Source of the DNA: a virus
Lineage: Duplodnaviria; Caudoviricetes
Reading direction: 5' to 3' (one strand)
Virus record (IMG/VR): IMGVR_UViG_2622736508_000001
Length of the DNA stretch: 64,000 nt
Part shown: in pieces, positions 27,984 through 36,994 of the stretch
How the letters are laid out: each line of letters begins with the position of its first letter
How positions within the stretch are numbered: position 1 is the first letter of the stretch
Notes under the pieces: generated by a model
What the model saw: only the letters and a program-made list of their open reading frames with translations
What the model was told of the DNA's origin: nothing
The model's database searches: none
Program-made: the position numbers and the translations under genes

Positions 27984-29544
27984 TGCCCTTCCCTCCTATT
28001 GTTCCCATTTTGGTATACCCTTCTTTAATGCTTAAATGTTCGTCATAGGGCTGTTGGTCAATGATATAGGCCGTTTCCATTATTCCATTTTCGCCGATCA
28101 TTACCATCCATTTGGATTTCCTATGCGCATATACAAAAAAGTTTTGTACAAACCCATTCTTGTGGTATAAATACGTGTCAACATCTTTACTGTTCAATAT
28201 TTCTAATATTTTGCTGTTATAATCTACATCTGTCCAACCTTGAGGTATATGCCCTCGGTTCTTACGCTTTTCAACGTGCTTCTCAAGCTTCCCTGGCTTC
28301 CATTCAGGTCCATCTTCCAGAACTTGCTTCCGTATTTGCTCCGCTGCATTGATCATATTTTCCCTTATTATACCATTGTCTTTACTTTGTTGCAAATAGG
28401 ATTTAAGCTCTTGAACCTTTAACCGCGGCTTCGGATCCACATGCCCCTGCCAGTTCCGCAAGTGTTTCTGCCATTTGCCGTCCTGTTCAAATTGTCGACT
28501 GCCTGCTACGCCCAGCAGCTTCTGCCTGTCGGACATGCTTTGCGCCTTAAGCCAGGCGGCCGCGGCATCAGGATTAAACTTGCCTACAGTTACCTCGCCC
28601 CGGTATAATACCACAAGATTACAGCGGCAGAACGGATGGGCCGGATGCGGCGGCACTTTGTCCTTGGGATAATTGCCGGCGCCCATACCGTAAAGATCCA
28701 CGCCAGCATGGAAATCGCATATGTCAAAGACAGGATGATTGCTAGAAAGTCGCCAGCCATAGCCGACCACGTCCGGATCGTCATAATTTTGCGCATAAAA
28801 GCTGTCCGACCATGCCCGGGACATTTCAGTAGTAGCGATCCGGTCGGCGTAGTAACGGGCCTTTTCCTGCACCGCTACCCACGCAGCTTTCTCCAACGCT
28901 TTCTGATTCAACTTTTGCGCAGCGTCAATCAGATTCTGATAAGCCACCCGCAGCGCCTTGTCCGGTTGGTTCGTTTTCGCCAGTTGCTTTTGAGCGGCCT
29001 TCACAGCCCGGTTAAACTCGCCAAGGATGTTGCGGTCACCGCCGGCGGCTGAGCGGGCAGCCACAACCATCCGGTTTAAGTACTGTGGCAGTTCCGCGCC
29101 GCGCAGTACTTTTTTGCCGCTGTTGTAACCGTCATACAGGTCCATGGATAGCTGCTTAACGGCTTTGCCCTTGCGCATGGCCGCGGCAATGGTATCGACA
29201 ATTGCAGTCCGCATTTGCTTTGAAGTCCCGTGCAGCCGTTTGGACAGCTTCATTTTGTCCGGCGCCCAGGCGTCAGCCAAGATATATTGACGGACCGCTG
29301 TTTTCATTTCCATGCTTGGCGTCTTTATGCCATAGCTGAGTAAAGCAGCAGAACAAATCGACTCGATCAGGTTATTTATGTAGGCAGCGTTGAATCCAGT
29401 CGCTGCCATCGCGGCATCGATGGCAGCGGAAAGCGGTTTGCCGGCGTTGATCTGGCTAATAATCTGGTTGACCAGCTTGTCACCTAAGTCGCCGGCCGTT
29501 CCCATGTACTGCCGCAGCAGCGCCAATAATTCATCCCGCTTCAT
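27973..29544 (-). CDS. MuF (SPP1 gp7-like) minor head protein with a C-terminal toxin-like extension
   Basis: RIATTEMSRA and PAHPFCRC MuF motifs, then about 130 extra aa (KLEKHVEKR...DY...G.METAY) resembling a BECR/RelE-like RNase fold. Confidence 0.8.
   Translation of the reverse strand: MKRDELLALLRQYMGTAGDLGDKLVNQIISQINAGKPLSAAIDAAMAATGFNAAYINNLIESICSAALLSYGIKTPSMEMKTAVRQYILADAWAPDKMKLSKRLHGTSKQMRTAIVDTIAAAMRKGKAVKQLSMDLYDGYNSGKKVLRGAELPQYLNRMVVAARSAAGGDRNILGEFNRAVKAAQKQLAKTNQPDKALRVAYQNLIDAAQKLNQKALEKAAWVAVQEKARYYADRIATTEMSRAWSDSFYAQNYDDPDVVGYGWRLSSNHPVFDICDFHAGVDLYGMGAGNYPKDKVPPHPAHPFCRCNLVVLYRGEVTVGKFNPDAAAAWLKAQSMSDRQKLLGVAGSRQFEQDGKWQKHLRNWQGHVDPKPRLKVQELKSYLQQSKDNGIIRENMINAAEQIRKQVLEDGPEWKPGKLEKHVEKRKNRGHIPQGWTDVDYNSKILEILNSKDVDTYLYHKNGFVQNFFVYAHRKSKWMVMIGENGIMETAYIIDQQPYDEHLSIKEGYTKMGTIGGKGNAD
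28367..28395 (-). promoter_or_regulatory. Internal sigma-A promoter inside the MuF gene
   Basis: TTGCAA-CAAAGTAAAGACAATGG(17)-TATAAT with TGn extension; in-frame ATG at 28356. Confidence 0.7.
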
Positions 29545-30911
29545 GCAGAGTTTAAGTCCTCAGCCTGCTGCGTTTCCTCGGCGCGCCGATCAATGTCTTC
29601 CATGACAGCATCAAACCGCTCCTCCGGCAGGTCGTTAAGATAAACGGAAGCCGCTTTCTTTTTCACCTCAACATCAAACTGTCCGCCGATATTAAGATCC
29701 AACCCTTTGCCAGCATTGTCGAGGGCTGCCGCAACATCAACAATGCCAAAATCATCGGAATAATTGCTGTATAAATCAACCCGGGTGTTTGTCCATAGCT
29801 CAAACACCCGGGCAGTTTCCCGCTCCGCATCTTCGCAGTTCAGGGCGAAGTCGCGGAGCACCTGGTTAGTGTTCTGAAAGTCCCACTCCTTGGCAACTCC
29901 ACTGGTTTTGGTTTCAACGCCGGTCACATGGGAAAGCTCCGCCATACGGTAAATCTCGACAATCAAGTCTTTTCGCTCTTGGCGGAGCTCCACCAACGAG
30001 GACGAATCCGGGGCAGTAAATTGGGGAGAGTTGTGGAGTGTACCGTCATAGACTACGGCATTTTCGGTCCCTGTCACAATTTCTCTTATATCATTCTCAC
30101 TTTGGTTCTCCCCAATTGGATAAGTAAAGACATTAAACGCCTGGCTGCGGATCAGTTCATCAATCTCGGAACAAAGATTGTATAGCCGTTTGTTGGCCTT
30201 GGCGATCGAATAAAATTCCGACTGCGGCAGCACATTTCCGGGTTCGTAGGGCTTGGCGTACAGAGGAACGATCGGCAGCCGCCCCAATGGATGATTGCCT
30301 TCCCTCTTTTCGCCGTTGGCGTCTTGACATTTCCATTTCGTGGTTGTCCATGTCCAGGTTTCCAGTTGTGCCTCGCCAGACTCATTTACCTCTGACGCGA
30401 TTGTATAGGTCATCTCAATCAGCTTGCCGGGCTTGTTCGTTTTATAGCTTTTTACCTGCTTACGCTGCACAATATAGGCATAGGGAAGCGCTCTCTGCCT
30501 TAGGACTTCCGCCATGTTCCCAGGCTGTTCCGCGGCGTTGTCGATAACGATAAAGGCTACGGCTTGCAGTTTGGCGATGAATCCCGCCCGCTTCATAAAA
30601 CGGGCCAGTGATGTTCCCAAAGTGTCGGTATCCTCGGCAAAAGCCGAAAACAATGGATTCTCCCGCCATTCCCGTTCAGGCTCTTTATTAAAAACAGGAT
30701 TGACATGGCTGTTCACTGTTGGCGCCACATAATTTAGATAATAAGCCAGCTCCCGACGCTTAAGATATTTCTCAGGCGTTTCGCGCGGATGCCTGACCAG
30801 ATAGCTGCCATCTTTAAAGCCGCCGGAACCGTAGTATGCACCAGTTAAAAACTGATAATCGTCCAATCCCAACAGCCTATCAATATCTAATACTTTGCTT
30901 GCTTCTGTCAA
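29541..30911 (-). CDS. Portal protein (SPP1 gp6-like)
   Basis: YL.RHPRET.EKY..R...AYYLNY motif. Start re-called at TTG 30911 with GGAGGTG RBS. Confidence 0.85.
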   Translation of the reverse strand: MTEASKVLDIDRLLGLDDYQFLTGAYYGSGGFKDGSYLVRHPRETPEKYLKRRELAYYLNYVAPTVNSHVNPVFNKEPEREWRENPLFSAFAEDTDTLGTSLARFMKRAGFIAKLQAVAFIVIDNAAEQPGNMAEVLRQRALPYAYIVQRKQVKSYKTNKPGKLIEMTYTIASEVNESGEAQLETWTWTTTKWKCQDANGEKREGNHPLGRLPIVPLYAKPYEPGNVLPQSEFYSIAKANKRLYNLCSEIDELIRSQAFNVFTYPIGENQSENDIREIVTGTENAVVYDGTLHNSPQFTAPDSSSLVELRQERKDLIVEIYRMAELSHVTGVETKTSGVAKEWDFQNTNQVLRDFALNCEDAERETARVFELWTNTRVDLYSNYSDDFGIVDVAAALDNAGKGLDLNIGGQFDVEVKKKAASVYLNDLPEERFDAVMEDIDRRAEETQQAEDLNSA

Positions 30912-30924
30912 AATTTCACCTCCC

Positions 30925-32331
30925 TTATACTTGCATGGAAAATCCGACTTTTCGCGGCTGCCAGAGGGCCAAAGCCAAAGCATCGCCAAGGTCAGGCGAC
31001 TTCAAACTGCGTGTTTTCATGTCTTCTTTACGTTCCAGTTCTATTTCACCTTTGGAATTTACGCGATATTTCCGGTTGGTTAACTGACTAATCTGCGCGT
31101 TGTTATACCAAAGCGTCAATTCATCTTGCCGCAGCATTTCGCGGATCAAACCCCACATCAGACCGGTACTATTGGCATATTTAACCGGATCACCTGCGGA
31201 GACTTTACCGCCAGAGCCACCGAAATGTCCTTCGTAAACTTTTACATGCGACATCCGCTGGCTTTTTACGACCTCAGCCACACGGTCATATACACCAACC
31301 CCTAGGCCATCGCAGTCTACCCGCACCGACATGGGGATACGGCCATACTTGCCCGTGTACCGGTCCAGCATCTGTATAGTGCGGCCGGCCAGCTCCATGG
31401 TGTTGTTGTGGTTATAAATTTCCGGTTCCATCTGGTGCCGGCGGTCAAATACCGGGCATAGAACTGACTGGTCATCACCGTACCTGGCAACGTCTGCCCC
31501 TATATCGATGCTGCGCGGAACAATAATCAGCGGTACCTTGACGCTGTTTCTTTCCACCCAGTCAAGCGGAATGAAGCTGTCCGGCATGGCTTTCGGAAAC
31601 TGCCCGGCAACCCGCACCCGGAACACATCGCTGTCCTCGCCAAACATGTCAATGATCATCTGGACATATTTCAGTGATACCCGCGGAGAGTTGCGGCCAT
31701 CTATTTGAAAGGTGCTGTACATTTCCCGCTTGGAATTGTGGCTGTCAAAAAACCAGCCGGCAAGCTGCGTCGGATTACCGCAAGCTAGCAGGCCAGCGCC
31801 TTCCGTAGAAAGCGCCCCTAAGACCGGCTCAAAAATTTTGTCCGCCACGCCGGATGCTTCGTCAATGATATAAAAAACATGATCAGCGTGAAACCCTTGG
31901 AGCGCGTCCGGCTGCGTTGCCGTTCGCGGTACCGCAAACCATTCTTCGCGATGCGCCTTATGGTAAAATCGTTTGTCGGTCCATTCGAACAAAAAGCAAT
32001 CGGCCGACTGACGATTCCATTTGTTGAGTTCGGCCCAGAGAATATCGTGCAGCTGATGCTGGGTTGGCGCAGTACAGGGTACCTTGGGAAATGGCCGCGA
32101 AAACATAAACCACTTTGCAACCCAGCTTTCTACCGCCGATTTTCCAGTACCATGACCGGAACGAACGGAAGTCAGTTGATTATTGGCGCAGCTATCTAAT
32201 ATTTCCGCCTGAACATCGTCCGGCGTAGCACCAATGACTTCTTTGACATAGTCAATGGGATTGTCGGCATAATAGGCCAAAACATGCGGCTGCAATAACA
32301 ATTCCTCAACCGTTAACATCGTTTTGCCCAC
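30925..32331 (-). CDS. terL: Terminase large subunit
   Basis: RSGHGTGKS Walker A, IIDEASG Walker B, GADVARYGDD nuclease motif, SPDLGDALAL. Alternative start at ATG 32319. Confidence 0.93.
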   Translation of the reverse strand: MGKTMLTVEELLLQPHVLAYYADNPIDYVKEVIGATPDDVQAEILDSCANNQLTSVRSGHGTGKSAVESWVAKWFMFSRPFPKVPCTAPTQHQLHDILWAELNKWNRQSADCFLFEWTDKRFYHKAHREEWFAVPRTATQPDALQGFHADHVFYIIDEASGVADKIFEPVLGALSTEGAGLLACGNPTQLAGWFFDSHNSKREMYSTFQIDGRNSPRVSLKYVQMIIDMFGEDSDVFRVRVAGQFPKAMPDSFIPLDWVERNSVKVPLIIVPRSIDIGADVARYGDDQSVLCPVFDRRHQMEPEIYNHNNTMELAGRTIQMLDRYTGKYGRIPMSVRVDCDGLGVGVYDRVAEVVKSQRMSHVKVYEGHFGGSGGKVSAGDPVKYANSTGLMWGLIREMLRQDELTLWYNNAQISQLTNRKYRVNSKGEIELERKEDMKTRSLKSPDLGDALALALWQPRKVGFSMQV

Positions 32332-33137
32332 GCTTCCTGCAAGCGCTGCGCGTGCTCGTTGGCAATATCGCCGCCTTCACCCCTGGCGTCATTCTCAATG
32401 GTGTGTTTGAGGGCAATATAGCGCGCTTTTTGCTGCTGTACCCGGGTTAAGCCGTCCTCAATACGCAGGATGTCATCAATTGCCCTGGACTGTGTCTCGG
32501 CAATATTGGTGACAACCATTTTCGGTACCGGTACCAGCACGGTTTTGGTTGACGCAGTTTTTTCATCGTATAGCTCAACTTCCTGTTTTTCCTCCCGGAG
32601 CTCGGAAAGGATACGGCGCTCTTTTTCGGTTAGGCCGTCCATCAGCTTCTTGATGCGCTCCATCATGCGACGCTCGCGAAAACTGAGAAAGATAATGCTC
32701 TGCTCGACCTGCGCCAGGGTGTTGGTATTGATTTTGCCGTAAAGCGCTTTTTCCTCATCGGTTAAGGTGTCATACCAAATCGTTTCATGTTCGCCGGTCT
32801 TCAAAGCATTTTTACTGCCCGGCGGCGGGCCTTTGCCGCCTTTATTGCCAAGCGCATTTTTATTGCCTTTAGGCGCGCCATGGCCTTTGGCATTTTGGCT
32901 GCCAAACGGCGGGCCTTTCTTTTTGGGAGCGTTCTCTTTTGTATTTAGGAGCGCTCCTTTATCGGTATCGGAGCGCTCCTTTATTTTTTCATCCCATTTA
33001 TCTTCGGCTTTCCACTTACGAATGCGGGAATCAGGGACTCCGAGCTGCTCGGCAATATCTTTTAGTTTTGCTTTACCGGCACTCTCACTCCAAAGCTGAA
33101 AAGCCTTTTCCCTATCCGGATTTCTGGGCCTTGCCAC
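32313..33137 (-). CDS. terS: Terminase small subunit
   Basis: N-terminal HTH (LKDIAEQLGVPDSRIRKWK), GAPKGNKNA-type repeats, NALKTG motif; directly upstream of terL. Confidence 0.85.
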   Translation of the reverse strand: MARPRNPDREKAFQLWSESAGKAKLKDIAEQLGVPDSRIRKWKAEDKWDEKIKERSDTDKGALLNTKENAPKKKGPPFGSQNAKGHGAPKGNKNALGNKGGKGPPPGSKNALKTGEHETIWYDTLTDEEKALYGKINTNTLAQVEQSIIFLSFRERRMMERIKKLMDGLTEKERRILSELREEKQEVELYDEKTASTKTVLVPVPKMVVTNIAETQSRAIDDILRIEDGLTRVQQQKARYIALKHTIENDARGEGGDIANEHAQRLQEAWAKRC

Positions 33138-33172
33138 TACACGCTCACCACCCCCACACGGTAAACCAAAAG

Positions 33173-33406
33173 CTAAAGCTCATCGCGCTGGAGTTCTATA
33201 TCCAGTTCAATGAGCTTTTTTAGATCGTCTACCGTTTTGATTTCTATTTGCCCCCGCTGAAAGTCGCTAACCCATTTGCCAATTCCAGCTTGGACAATCT
33301 TGCGGTATTTCCCCTTGGAATCGGCAATTCCTTCGATAACAGCCGCTTGGTGCTGTAAGAGTAAGCTATTATTATCTATTTCCGAACATTTGTTTGTTTT
33401 GGACAT
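33173..33406 (-). CDS. Small phage protein upstream of terS
   Basis: 77 aa from ATG 33406, ending IKTVDDLKKLIELDIELQ. Confidence 0.55.
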   Translation of the reverse strand: MSKTNKCSEIDNNSLLLQHQAAVIEGIADSKGKYRKIVQAGIGKWVSDFQRGQIEIKTVDDLKKLIELDIELQRDEL

Positions 33407-33544
33407 TGTTTGATACCCCCGCCATCTTGTAAAATGGTGATGAGATAGTAGCCCTCCGCAATCTGTGGCCACAGTGCAACCTACTATCTCTCGCCGGGGT
33501 ATCCGGTATCGGGAGGACGTTAGCGCGTCCTCCCTTTCTCTTTT

Positions 33545-34519
33545 TTATGCAGACAACAAAATATTGTCGCGAATATGTTCGGCAATTGCCTTCATGAATA
33601 ACGGCGGTACTGAATTACCGATCCTTGCCCACTGCTCGCTGTATGAGCCGATAAATTGAAAGTCGTCCGGAAAACTTCCCAAGCGCTTGGCCTCGGCGAT
33701 GCTAATCGCCCGCGGCTCTTCCCAATGGCAAAGTGTAGCAAAGCCTCTGCCGGTCTGCGTTTTTACCAGAGTCCTTGACGGCCTGTCCGGATGCAGTTTT
33801 ACCACATCACTATAATGCCCGTTCAGGTTGAGGGCATCGCCCATGTCGCTGCCAATCGGTACTCTGCGCCAGATAGCTGCATACTTTTCATTCAGCATAG
33901 GAATTTCTTCTGGAACGCACCCTCGCAAAGCTTGCCTCACGGTGATCGGCCGCGCCTGCGGTCTTGGATGGCTGGGCTCTATGCCCAAATCTTCCCGAAT
34001 GCCGATAAAAATCATCCTCTCCCTGCTTTGCGGTACATTGAAATACTTGGCATTCATTAACCTAGCTTTAACGCGATACCCGCTTGCTTTTAGCGCACGT
34101 AAAATCTCAGCAAATATAACCTTCATTTTCCCTTTGACCATACCAGAAGATACATTTTCCATAACAAAGACTTTCGGACGCAGTCCTTGCAGTAGCCTTA
34201 CATATTCACGGAACAGCTGGTTGCGGTCATCGTCAGCATCTCGCTTACCCGACATGCTGAATCCCTGGCAAGGTGGACTGCCGTCAAGCAAATCCAATTC
34301 TCCCGGTTTTAGGCCCGTAATTCGCAGCACTTCGCCAACACTCAGTTGAGCGATATCGCCATGGTACACAGGCGTCCCCGGATGGTTCAGACGATACGTA
34401 GCTACCGCATTATTATCCCATTCGACTGCCAGCAAAACTTCTCCCCTAGCCAGCTTATAGCCGAGTGAGCTGCCACCGCAGCCGGCAAATGTCGATACGA
34501 CTTTAAACCGGGAATTCAT
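33545..34519 (-). CDS. DNA cytosine-5 methyltransferase
   Basis: FAGCGG (motif I), SPPCQGFS (IV), ENV (VI), QSRERMIF (VIII), IGNSVPP (X). Confidence 0.93.
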   Translation of the reverse strand: MNSRFKVVSTFAGCGGSSLGYKLARGEVLLAVEWDNNAVATYRLNHPGTPVYHGDIAQLSVGEVLRITGLKPGELDLLDGSPPCQGFSMSGKRDADDDRNQLFREYVRLLQGLRPKVFVMENVSSGMVKGKMKVIFAEILRALKASGYRVKARLMNAKYFNVPQSRERMIFIGIREDLGIEPSHPRPQARPITVRQALRGCVPEEIPMLNEKYAAIWRRVPIGSDMGDALNLNGHYSDVVKLHPDRPSRTLVKTQTGRGFATLCHWEEPRAISIAEAKRLGSFPDDFQFIGSYSEQWARIGNSVPPLFMKAIAEHIRDNILLSA

Positions 34520-35042
34520 GCCCGCATTGTGGACATGTTACTTTTTTAACCGTGTCCGCCACGCTTTCGTCATACTCAGGGAATTCTTGATCGGGAATAC
34601 TAAACTGTTTAACAATGTCGGCAAATTCCTCCGCGTTGTAACCGGTTAAGTCGAGATCCAGTTCGCTGGCCTGCAGATCCTCCAGGATTTCGGCTAACAG
34701 GGTTGGATCCATTACCGCCAGTTCCGCAATTCGATTATCGGCGATAAGATCAGCGTATTCATCCTCTTCTGATGAATAATTTTGGCAATCTATAGGCACT
34801 TGACCAACATCCAAATACAATGCTGCCAGCAAGCGGCCATGACCACGTACAATATAGCCGGATTGTATACTGACAGTAATCGGCGTTCGCCATCCCTGGT
34901 ACTGAATAATCCTAGCCAGCAATTGGATCTGCTTGTCCGGATGCTGGTGGGGATTGCGAGGATGGGGAATAAGAGTGGAAATATCGACGATCTCATCATG
35001 GGAGCAATGAACGGCGATCCCGCCGGCAGTAATTGTATTCAA
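34503..35042 (-). CDS. ParB/Srx-domain protein with a C-terminal CPQC zinc ribbon
   Basis: PHPRNPHQH...GWRTPITV...GHGRLLAA...ADNRIAE; ends CPQCGHEF. Confidence 0.85.
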   Translation of the reverse strand: MNTITAGGIAVHCSHDEIVDISTLIPHPRNPHQHPDKQIQLLARIIQYQGWRTPITVSIQSGYIVRGHGRLLAALYLDVGQVPIDCQNYSSEEDEYADLIADNRIAELAVMDPTLLAEILEDLQASELDLDLTGYNAEEFADIVKQFSIPDQEFPEYDESVADTVKKVTCPQCGHEFPV

Positions 35043-35066
35043 AGTTTCACCTCATAAAGTTTTTTA

Positions 35067-36434
35067 TTATAGACAAATGGCTTTTTGCTGCGAGAATTCT
35101 TCCCATCGCCGAATGATAACATCACAGTACACCGGATCAATCTCCATCATGTAGCAAACGCGGTCAGTCTGCTCGGCCGCCATCAGAGTACTGCCTGCAC
35201 CTCCAAAAAAGTCAGCCGTTATTTCACCTAGCCGGCTTGAATTTTGTATCGCTCGGGCGCAAAGCCCGATCGGCTTCATAGTCGGATGCTCACCGTTTCT
35301 GAGCGGCTTTTCGAAACGCCAGACACTAGTCATGCTATCATCACCGGCTTGCAACACCTCATAGGACGGAACCCTGATGGTCACAGTCTGAACACCGGCT
35401 GTAAACGTAAGCAACGCCCCATTGCCCTCTTGGCGGACGGTAATGGGCGCTGCTTCGTCGATAACGGTACCCTGTTTGCGTCCACCGTACCAGCAATGAG
35501 CGCCGCCTGGTTTCCAGCCGTACAGGATTGGTTCATGCCGCCATTGGTAGTCTTGCCGGCCAAGTACGAATTGGTTCTTTACCCAGATCAGGCACTGCTT
35601 GAGCAGCCACCCGGCATCCTGCAGCGCGCCACGGAAGTTACTGCCTTCGGAGTCGGCGTGGCAGACATAAATGGCGCCGCCGGCATCTACAGCCTCCAAC
35701 ATGGAGGTAAATGCTACTTTTAGAAATTCGTTAAATTGTTCTGTAGGCATATCGTCATTCCTGATTGTTAACTTTTCAGCCGTGGCGCCTTCATAGGCGA
35801 CATTGTACGGCGGATCCGTGAATACCATAGCCGCTTTCCGGCCGTCCATAAGCTTTTCCACATCTGCCATTACCGTGGCATCGCCGCACATCAGGCGGTG
35901 CCGACCGAGCTGCCAGATGTCGCCGGACTTGGTCACCGGCTCTTTGATCGCGGCAGCGGCTGCAGCCGTGTCGAAATCATCTTCTTTCACCGGGGCGCGG
36001 AAGTCGGCCAGCAGGTTGTCGAGCTGCTTGTCGTTATAGCCAGTCAAACCAATGTCGAAATCACCGGCGCTGATATCGGTAACCAGTTCAGCGAGCAGGG
36101 CATCGTCGATCTGAGACAGCTCGGCTATTCGGTTATCAGCGACGAGATCGGCCCATTCTTCGGCCTCTGTAGCATAATTCTGCCGATCTACAGGTACTTG
36201 CCCCACTCCTAAAAGTTGCGCCGCCAGCAGCCGCCCGTGGCCGCGTACGACGAAACCGGAGCGGGAGCTCACGGTGATCGGCGCGCGCCAGCCCTGGTTT
36301 TTGATGATTTTGGCCAGCATCTCGATTTGTTTCTGAGGATGCTGATTCGGATTTCGAGGATTCGGGACCAGTATCATGACGTCGGCCAGTTCGGTAAACG
36401 CGCAATGTACCGGAATCCCGTCAGCATAATTCAT
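35067..36434 (-). CDS. ParB domain fused to an N6/N4 DNA methyltransferase
   Basis: N-terminal ParB motifs; MVFTDPPYNV, HPTMKP, DFFGGAGSTL (beta-class MTase). Start at ATG 36434. Confidence 0.92.
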   Translation of the reverse strand: MNYADGIPVHCAFTELADVMILVPNPRNPNQHPQKQIEMLAKIIKNQGWRAPITVSSRSGFVVRGHGRLLAAQLLGVGQVPVDRQNYATEAEEWADLVADNRIAELSQIDDALLAELVTDISAGDFDIGLTGYNDKQLDNLLADFRAPVKEDDFDTAAAAAAIKEPVTKSGDIWQLGRHRLMCGDATVMADVEKLMDGRKAAMVFTDPPYNVAYEGATAEKLTIRNDDMPTEQFNEFLKVAFTSMLEAVDAGGAIYVCHADSEGSNFRGALQDAGWLLKQCLIWVKNQFVLGRQDYQWRHEPILYGWKPGGAHCWYGGRKQGTVIDEAAPITVRQEGNGALLTFTAGVQTVTIRVPSYEVLQAGDDSMTSVWRFEKPLRNGEHPTMKPIGLCARAIQNSSRLGEITADFFGGAGSTLMAAEQTDRVCYMMEIDPVYCDVIIRRWEEFSQQKAICL

Positions 36435-36462
36435 ATCATCACCTGCCTTAATAAAAAAGAGC

Positions 36463-36636
36463 CTATTCAATAGGCTCCATGTCGTCCAAGGATATCCAAG
36501 CAGTTGGGCCGCCCTGGAAACGCTGGACTTCCACCTTGTCGCTTTGGCTCTCGGATATATCTACAATTGTTACCACTGTGCCGGCCGGCCAAGTGCCAGC
36601 ACCCCATTTTACTGCTTCAAATAATTTACCTTTCAT
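36463..36636 (-). CDS. 57-aa SH3-like small protein
   Basis: Manual translation: MKGKLFEAVKWGAGTWPAGTVVTIVDISESQSDKVEVQRFQGGPTAWISLDDMEPIE. RBS AGAAGGGG. Confidence 0.55.
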   Translation of the reverse strand: MKGKLFEAVKWGAGTWPAGTVVTIVDISESQSDKVEVQRFQGGPTAWISLDDMEPIE

Positions 36637-36693
36637 AAAAACCCCTTCTTTCTGTTAGCGTTGTTGTATTAATCACTTGGTTCGCCTTAAAAG

Positions 36694-36810
36694 TCAAGGT
36701 TTTCTTTTGATTTCTTTTATTTTTCTATCTCGACAGCGCAACCCTTGCCATTTACGGATACAATAGCCGTCTTGCTGGCAGGCACAGGCTGTTTGGCATT
36801 TGATTAGCAT
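36694..36810 (-). CDS. 38-aa Cys/basic-rich peptide
   Basis: Manual translation: MLIKCQTACACQQDGYCIRKWQGLRCRDRKIKEIKRKP. RBS AGGAGG. Confidence 0.45.
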   Translation of the reverse strand: MLIKCQTACACQQDGYCIRKWQGLRCRDRKIKEIKRKP

Positions 36811-36825
36811 ATAGCCTCCTGCATT

Positions 36826-36902
36826 AAAAAACGGCATCGCTAAAGCAACAAATGCCTAACGATGCCGTAAAAATATGAAAGCCGCCAAAAGCTGGCGGCT
36901 AA
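36826..36902 (-). terminator. Two tandem hairpins ending the early transcript
   Basis: ACGGCATCG...CGATGCCGT flanked by A-tracts, and AGCCGCCA-GCTTT-TGGCGGCT followed by TTC. Confidence 0.65.
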
Positions 36903-36994
36903 GTAATTACAAGTATAACACACTAACATATTAACACGGGCAGATTGTCATGTCAATGTCGCGTTTTTGTCATAAAACAGTGATTTATTAACTT

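Noticed and set aside
32780-32940. GAPKGNKNA-type repeats in terS
   Set aside because: Common feature of this terminase small subunit family; not novel.
34145-34165. Extra Ser in MTase motif VI (ENVSSG) as an inactivating lesion
   Set aside because: In-frame, and the catalytic PC and ENV residues are intact; effect cannot be judged without an alignment.
34503-34519. Programmed frameshift fusing ParB to the C5 methyltransferase
   Set aside because: The 17-nt overlap is explained by translational coupling; no canonical slippery heptamer.
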